Of a stretch of 64,000 nt of DNA, positions 60,675 through 64,000 are shown in pieces. The position numbers and the translations under genes are program-made. Source of the stretch: a bacterium (lineage in GTDB: Bacteria > UBA8248 > JACPRG01 > G963555815); assembly GCA_965218795.1 (NCBI GenBank), contig OZ244653.1, positions 1,568,001 through 1,632,000 of the forward strand, written 5' to 3'. The notes beneath the pieces are model-generated. The model was not told the DNA's origin. It ran no database searches and was given only the letters and a program-made list of their open reading frames with translations. The stretch's first letter is position 1; every line of letters begins with the position of its first letter.

Positions 60675-62404
60675 ACAAAGGCGCTGCCGGTCACGATCCG
60701 GCGACCCTGACGATCATCCAGCAAAGGCTGGACGGCATCACCTACGGGATGGGCGCGGTGATGACCCGGACCGCCCGAAGCGCTTTGGCGAGCCAGGCGC
60801 ACGATTTCTCCTGCTTCCTCACCGACGCTCAAGGACGCCTGCTCTCCCAGGCGGAAGGAATTCCCATCCACACCGGCGGCGGGGGCTTTGCCGTGCGGGC
60901 CCTCCTGGACTCCTTCGGGGAAGAGATCCGTCCCGGCGACATCTTCGTTTCCAACGACGTATACACGGCAGGGGGAAATCACCTGGCCGATTGGACGGTC
61001 TTTGCGCCGGTGTTCGCGGAGGGGGGGCTTGTGGCCTTCACCTGCAACCGCTGCCATCAGTTGGACATCGGCGGGGGGGCGGCGGGAGCGTACAACCCCG
61101 AGGCCCGGGAGATTTATCACGAGGGTCTCAGGATCCCCCCCCTGCGGCTGGAATCGGAGGGTGTCCCGCGAAAGGACCTCATGGACCTGTTGATGACCAA
61201 TTGCCGACGACCGGATATCCTGAACGGCGACGTGGGCGCGATGGTGGGGTCCGTCAAAATGGGCATCGCCTGGATGGAAGGGCTCATCGGGGAATACGGC
61301 TGGCCGACGCTCCACGCCTATTGCGACGCCTTGCTGGATTACGCCGAGCAGCGAATGCGTCAGGAGTTGTTGGAAATCCCCGACGGCGTCTATGAGGCGC
61401 GGGAGGTGATGGCGAACGACTGCTTTTCCGACCGGGAGGTCTTGATTCGCTTGCGCCTGACAATCCAGGGGAGCGCGTTGACTGCTGATTTCACAGGGAC
61501 GGACCCGCAGATCTCGGGTTACAAGAACAGCGCGTTGCCGAATACGTTTTCCGCCGTTTACGCCGCTCTTGCGACAGTCGTCGACCCGCAGATCCTTCAC
61601 AACGAGGGAATGTACCGGCCGGTCCGGGTCATTGCGCCCGAGGGGACCGTGGTGAACTGCACCGAGCCCGCCCCGGTCGGATTCGCGACGATTCACCCGG
61701 CTCATGAAGTCATGCATTGCTTCTGGAAGGCTATCGGTCAGGCGGACCCGGAGCGGGTATGCGGCGGGTGGGGAAAGATGTCGAATCCGGCCATCGCAGG
61801 GCTGGACGGGCAAGGCCGGGTATTCGTCCTCTACAACCTGGGGGGATTGGCCAGCGCCGGTGCGATGAAGGGACGGGACGGCATCGACCAGATCGGAACG
61901 CCCATCAACATGGGCGGCTTGGTCATCCCCAACCTGGAGCATCTGGAGCGAGCCTATCCGGTTCGGTTTGTCCGTCACGAGTTTCGCCGGGATTCGGCCG
62001 GCGCGGGCCAGTACCGCGGAGGGACCGGCGTCGATTACCAGGTAAGGCTCCTGAATCCCGCGACGATTTTTCTTCGGGGGGAAGGACAGGACAACGCCAG
62101 CGGATTTGGAATGGCCGGCGGGAAATCCGGCGCAGGAGCGAAGGTGACCTATTCACCGGACGGCGACCCGGAGCGGGAGCTTCCCGCGTACGGGATCATG
62201 GACATCCCGCCCGGAATCATACGCGTCCGGTCGGCGGGAAGCGGCGGGTGGGGCGACCCCTCGGCGCGCCAGAAGGATCAGGTTCTTCGGGACGTCCGGG
62301 AAGGGATTCTTTCGCCCGAGAAAGCCCGGGAGTATTATGGATTCGAATTGGATGAATCCGGGGATTCATCGGCCACGCTGAGAGGAGAAGACCATGCGAC
62401 CTGA
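60671..62404 (+). CDS. Hydantoinase B/oxoprolinase family subunit
   Basis: SND.Y..GNHLAD, HQLDIGG, EGLRIPP, DSAGAGQYRGG, GGWGDP. Confidence 0.93.
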   Translation: MNKGAAGHDPATLTIIQQRLDGITYGMGAVMTRTARSALASQAHDFSCFLTDAQGRLLSQAEGIPIHTGGGGFAVRALLDSFGEEIRPGDIFVSNDVYTAGGNHLADWTVFAPVFAEGGLVAFTCNRCHQLDIGGGAAGAYNPEAREIYHEGLRIPPLRLESEGVPRKDLMDLLMTNCRRPDILNGDVGAMVGSVKMGIAWMEGLIGEYGWPTLHAYCDALLDYAEQRMRQELLEIPDGVYEAREVMANDCFSDREVLIRLRLTIQGSALTADFTGTDPQISGYKNSALPNTFSAVYAALATVVDPQILHNEGMYRPVRVIAPEGTVVNCTEPAPVGFATIHPAHEVMHCFWKAIGQADPERVCGGWGKMSNPAIAGLDGQGRVFVLYNLGGLASAGAMKGRDGIDQIGTPINMGGLVIPNLEHLERAYPVRFVRHEFRRDSAGAGQYRGGTGVDYQVRLLNPATIFLRGEGQDNASGFGMAGGKSGAGAKVTYSPDGDPERELPAYGIMDIPPGIIRVRSAGSGGWGDPSARQKDQVLRDVREGILSPEKAREYYGFELDESGDSSATLRGEDHAT

Positions 62405-63281
62405 TTTGGAGATCCTTCAGGGGGCGTGTGACATTCACGTCCATACCAACCCTGACGTTTTCAAGCGAATGGTGGACGACGTGGAGGCGGCCCGCGGCGC
62501 CAGGGAATACGGCTTTCGGGCCATCATCACCAAATCCCACCAGCTCGAGACGGCATCGCGGGCGCACTTCGCCCGGCGGCTGGTCCAGGGTATCGATATT
62601 TTCGGGAGCACCACGCTGGACTATGTACACGGGGGGCTGAACCCCTTCTGCGTGGACGCCGTCATCAAGGTGGGCGGGAAAAAAGTCTACATGCCGACCA
62701 CCGACGCCGCCTTCCACAAGGAGCTGTTCGGCTCCATCGGGGGCATCGGCGGGATCTACGACACCCAGGGGCACGTCACGGACCTGTACGCCGAGCAGCC
62801 GGCATTGAAAATCGTCGACGATGCGGGAAACATCCTGCCCGCGGTCCGGGATATCCTCAAGCTCATCGCCGAGGCCAACATCATCGTCAGCGCCGGTCAC
62901 GCCTCCTTGGAAGAGATGCGGGTCTTCCTGCGCGAAACCAAAGACATGGGCATCCGTAAGGTCGTCGTGGACCACCCCTTCACGATGAAGATTTCCGTGG
63001 CGGAGCAGGAGGAACTCGCCGATGCGGGCGCCTACATCAACTATGCGTATTGGGACATCTGCCCGAAATACTTCTGCGTGTCCTTGCCCGAAATGGCGGC
63101 CGCCATGCGCCGGGTGGGACCGGAGCGCTCCATCCTGAGCAGCGACGCGGGCCAGCTGTTCAACGCCCCGCCCGCCGAATGCCTGAGGACCTACGTGCAA
63201 ATGCTGCTGGAGGAGGGCCTGTCCACGGAGGATATCCGGCGGATGGTATGCGACAACCCCGCCTCGCTCATCTATGAGTGA
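62394..63281 (+). CDS. Amidohydrolase-superfamily protein (DUF6282-like)
   Basis: DIHVHTNPD, KSH, GGLNP, MPT, AGH, DHP, SSDAGQ. Confidence 0.82.
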   Translation: MRPDLEILQGACDIHVHTNPDVFKRMVDDVEAARGAREYGFRAIITKSHQLETASRAHFARRLVQGIDIFGSTTLDYVHGGLNPFCVDAVIKVGGKKVYMPTTDAAFHKELFGSIGGIGGIYDTQGHVTDLYAEQPALKIVDDAGNILPAVRDILKLIAEANIIVSAGHASLEEMRVFLRETKDMGIRKVVVDHPFTMKISVAEQEELADAGAYINYAYWDICPKYFCVSLPEMAAAMRRVGPERSILSSDAGQLFNAPPAECLRTYVQMLLEEGLSTEDIRRMVCDNPASLIYE

Positions 63282-63372
63282 CGGATTGCGCGCCGCGCCG
63301 TTCAGTCCTCCACCGGTTGAAGCAGCGCCTTGACCTCCGTGATGGATGCCTGACGGGAGACGATGGCGGAGG

Positions 63373-63993
63373 TCAGCTTGAATCCTCTACTTCGATGATC
63401 GTACGAAGATCCGCAATATGCGTCGTCGTGAAGTAAATGGTCTTGTTCTTACGGGCGAGAACTATTTTCAACTCGTTCCCCTTCAAGTCGAGAAACAGAT
63501 CCTTCATCGTCTCCTTGGAGCCATTCGCGTACTGGTACATGGCGGCATGATTCGGGCAGAGTGCGAGATAGTTTTGATAGTGGTGTTTCTCTAGCTCCGG
63601 CTCCGGCAGGAACTCCACGGCTTCAAAATAATAGCTTCCGTCAGCGAGCTTGAAGGGAAGAGCGTTCTTGCACACTTGGCAGATCATTACGCCATCGCTA
63701 TTGGTATATTGCTCGCGTAGGTAAGGATCGGTCTCCTTCTTGACCGCTTCGCGGTTGACGGATACCGTGCGAGTGTGATCCTCGGTGGTTCGTTCCGGCG
63801 CATCTTTGGCCCCCTTGCGGACCCTCTCGGCGCGTCGTCCCGGATCGCTTGGCTCGCGGTCGGGCAGGTTGATGCTGTGCTGACTTTCATATTCCGAACG
63901 GTACTTCTTACGTTCGTCCGCATTCAATCCGCCAAACCATTTGACGTCATCTAATGCTTCAGCATCGTCAAAGCCAAGCTTTGCCGTTATTGT
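63373..63993 (-). pseudogene. C-terminal fragment of a large protein ending in an HNH-like Zn domain
   Basis: YLREQYTN..MICQVC..YYFEAVE..NYLALCPNH; lower GC than neighbours; in-frame TGA at 63994-63996 closes the frame near the window edge. Confidence 0.55.
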
Positions 63994-64000
63994 TCACAAT

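Overview
GC-rich bacterial chromosomal window. The gene content is mostly heterotrophic catabolism and transport: three NMT1/THI5-type and one BMP substrate-binding protein, three LLM oxidoreductases, UbiD, a Mo-hydroxylase large subunit, hydantoinase/oxoprolinase A/B, a ThDP enzyme, hydrolases and dehydrogenases. I saw no rRNA, tRNA or CRISPR array. The main feature is an ~8.7 kb defence island (about 22311-31033). It holds an MmeI-like fused restriction-modification gene, a divergent XRE + ImmA/IrrE regulator pair (CapH/CapP-like), and a three-gene CBASS: a CD-NTase ending in FYGG-DRHRQ, a stand-alone E2-like protein with no E1 or JAB, and a CapV-like patatin phospholipase. The island is bracketed by two long, imperfect, inverted copies of a modular non-coding element with matching outer ends and 10-bp-period tandem sites. 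Integrase and IS3 remnants sit just outside the left copy. Other oddities are an active/inactive HtrA-like protease pair, a catabolic cluster in which an LLM gene directly follows a truncated Rieske oxygenase, a 51-bp direct repeat, and several pseudogene fragments. All calls come from motif recognition by eye; no database searches were run. Start codons were chosen from RBS and homology cues and are approximate.
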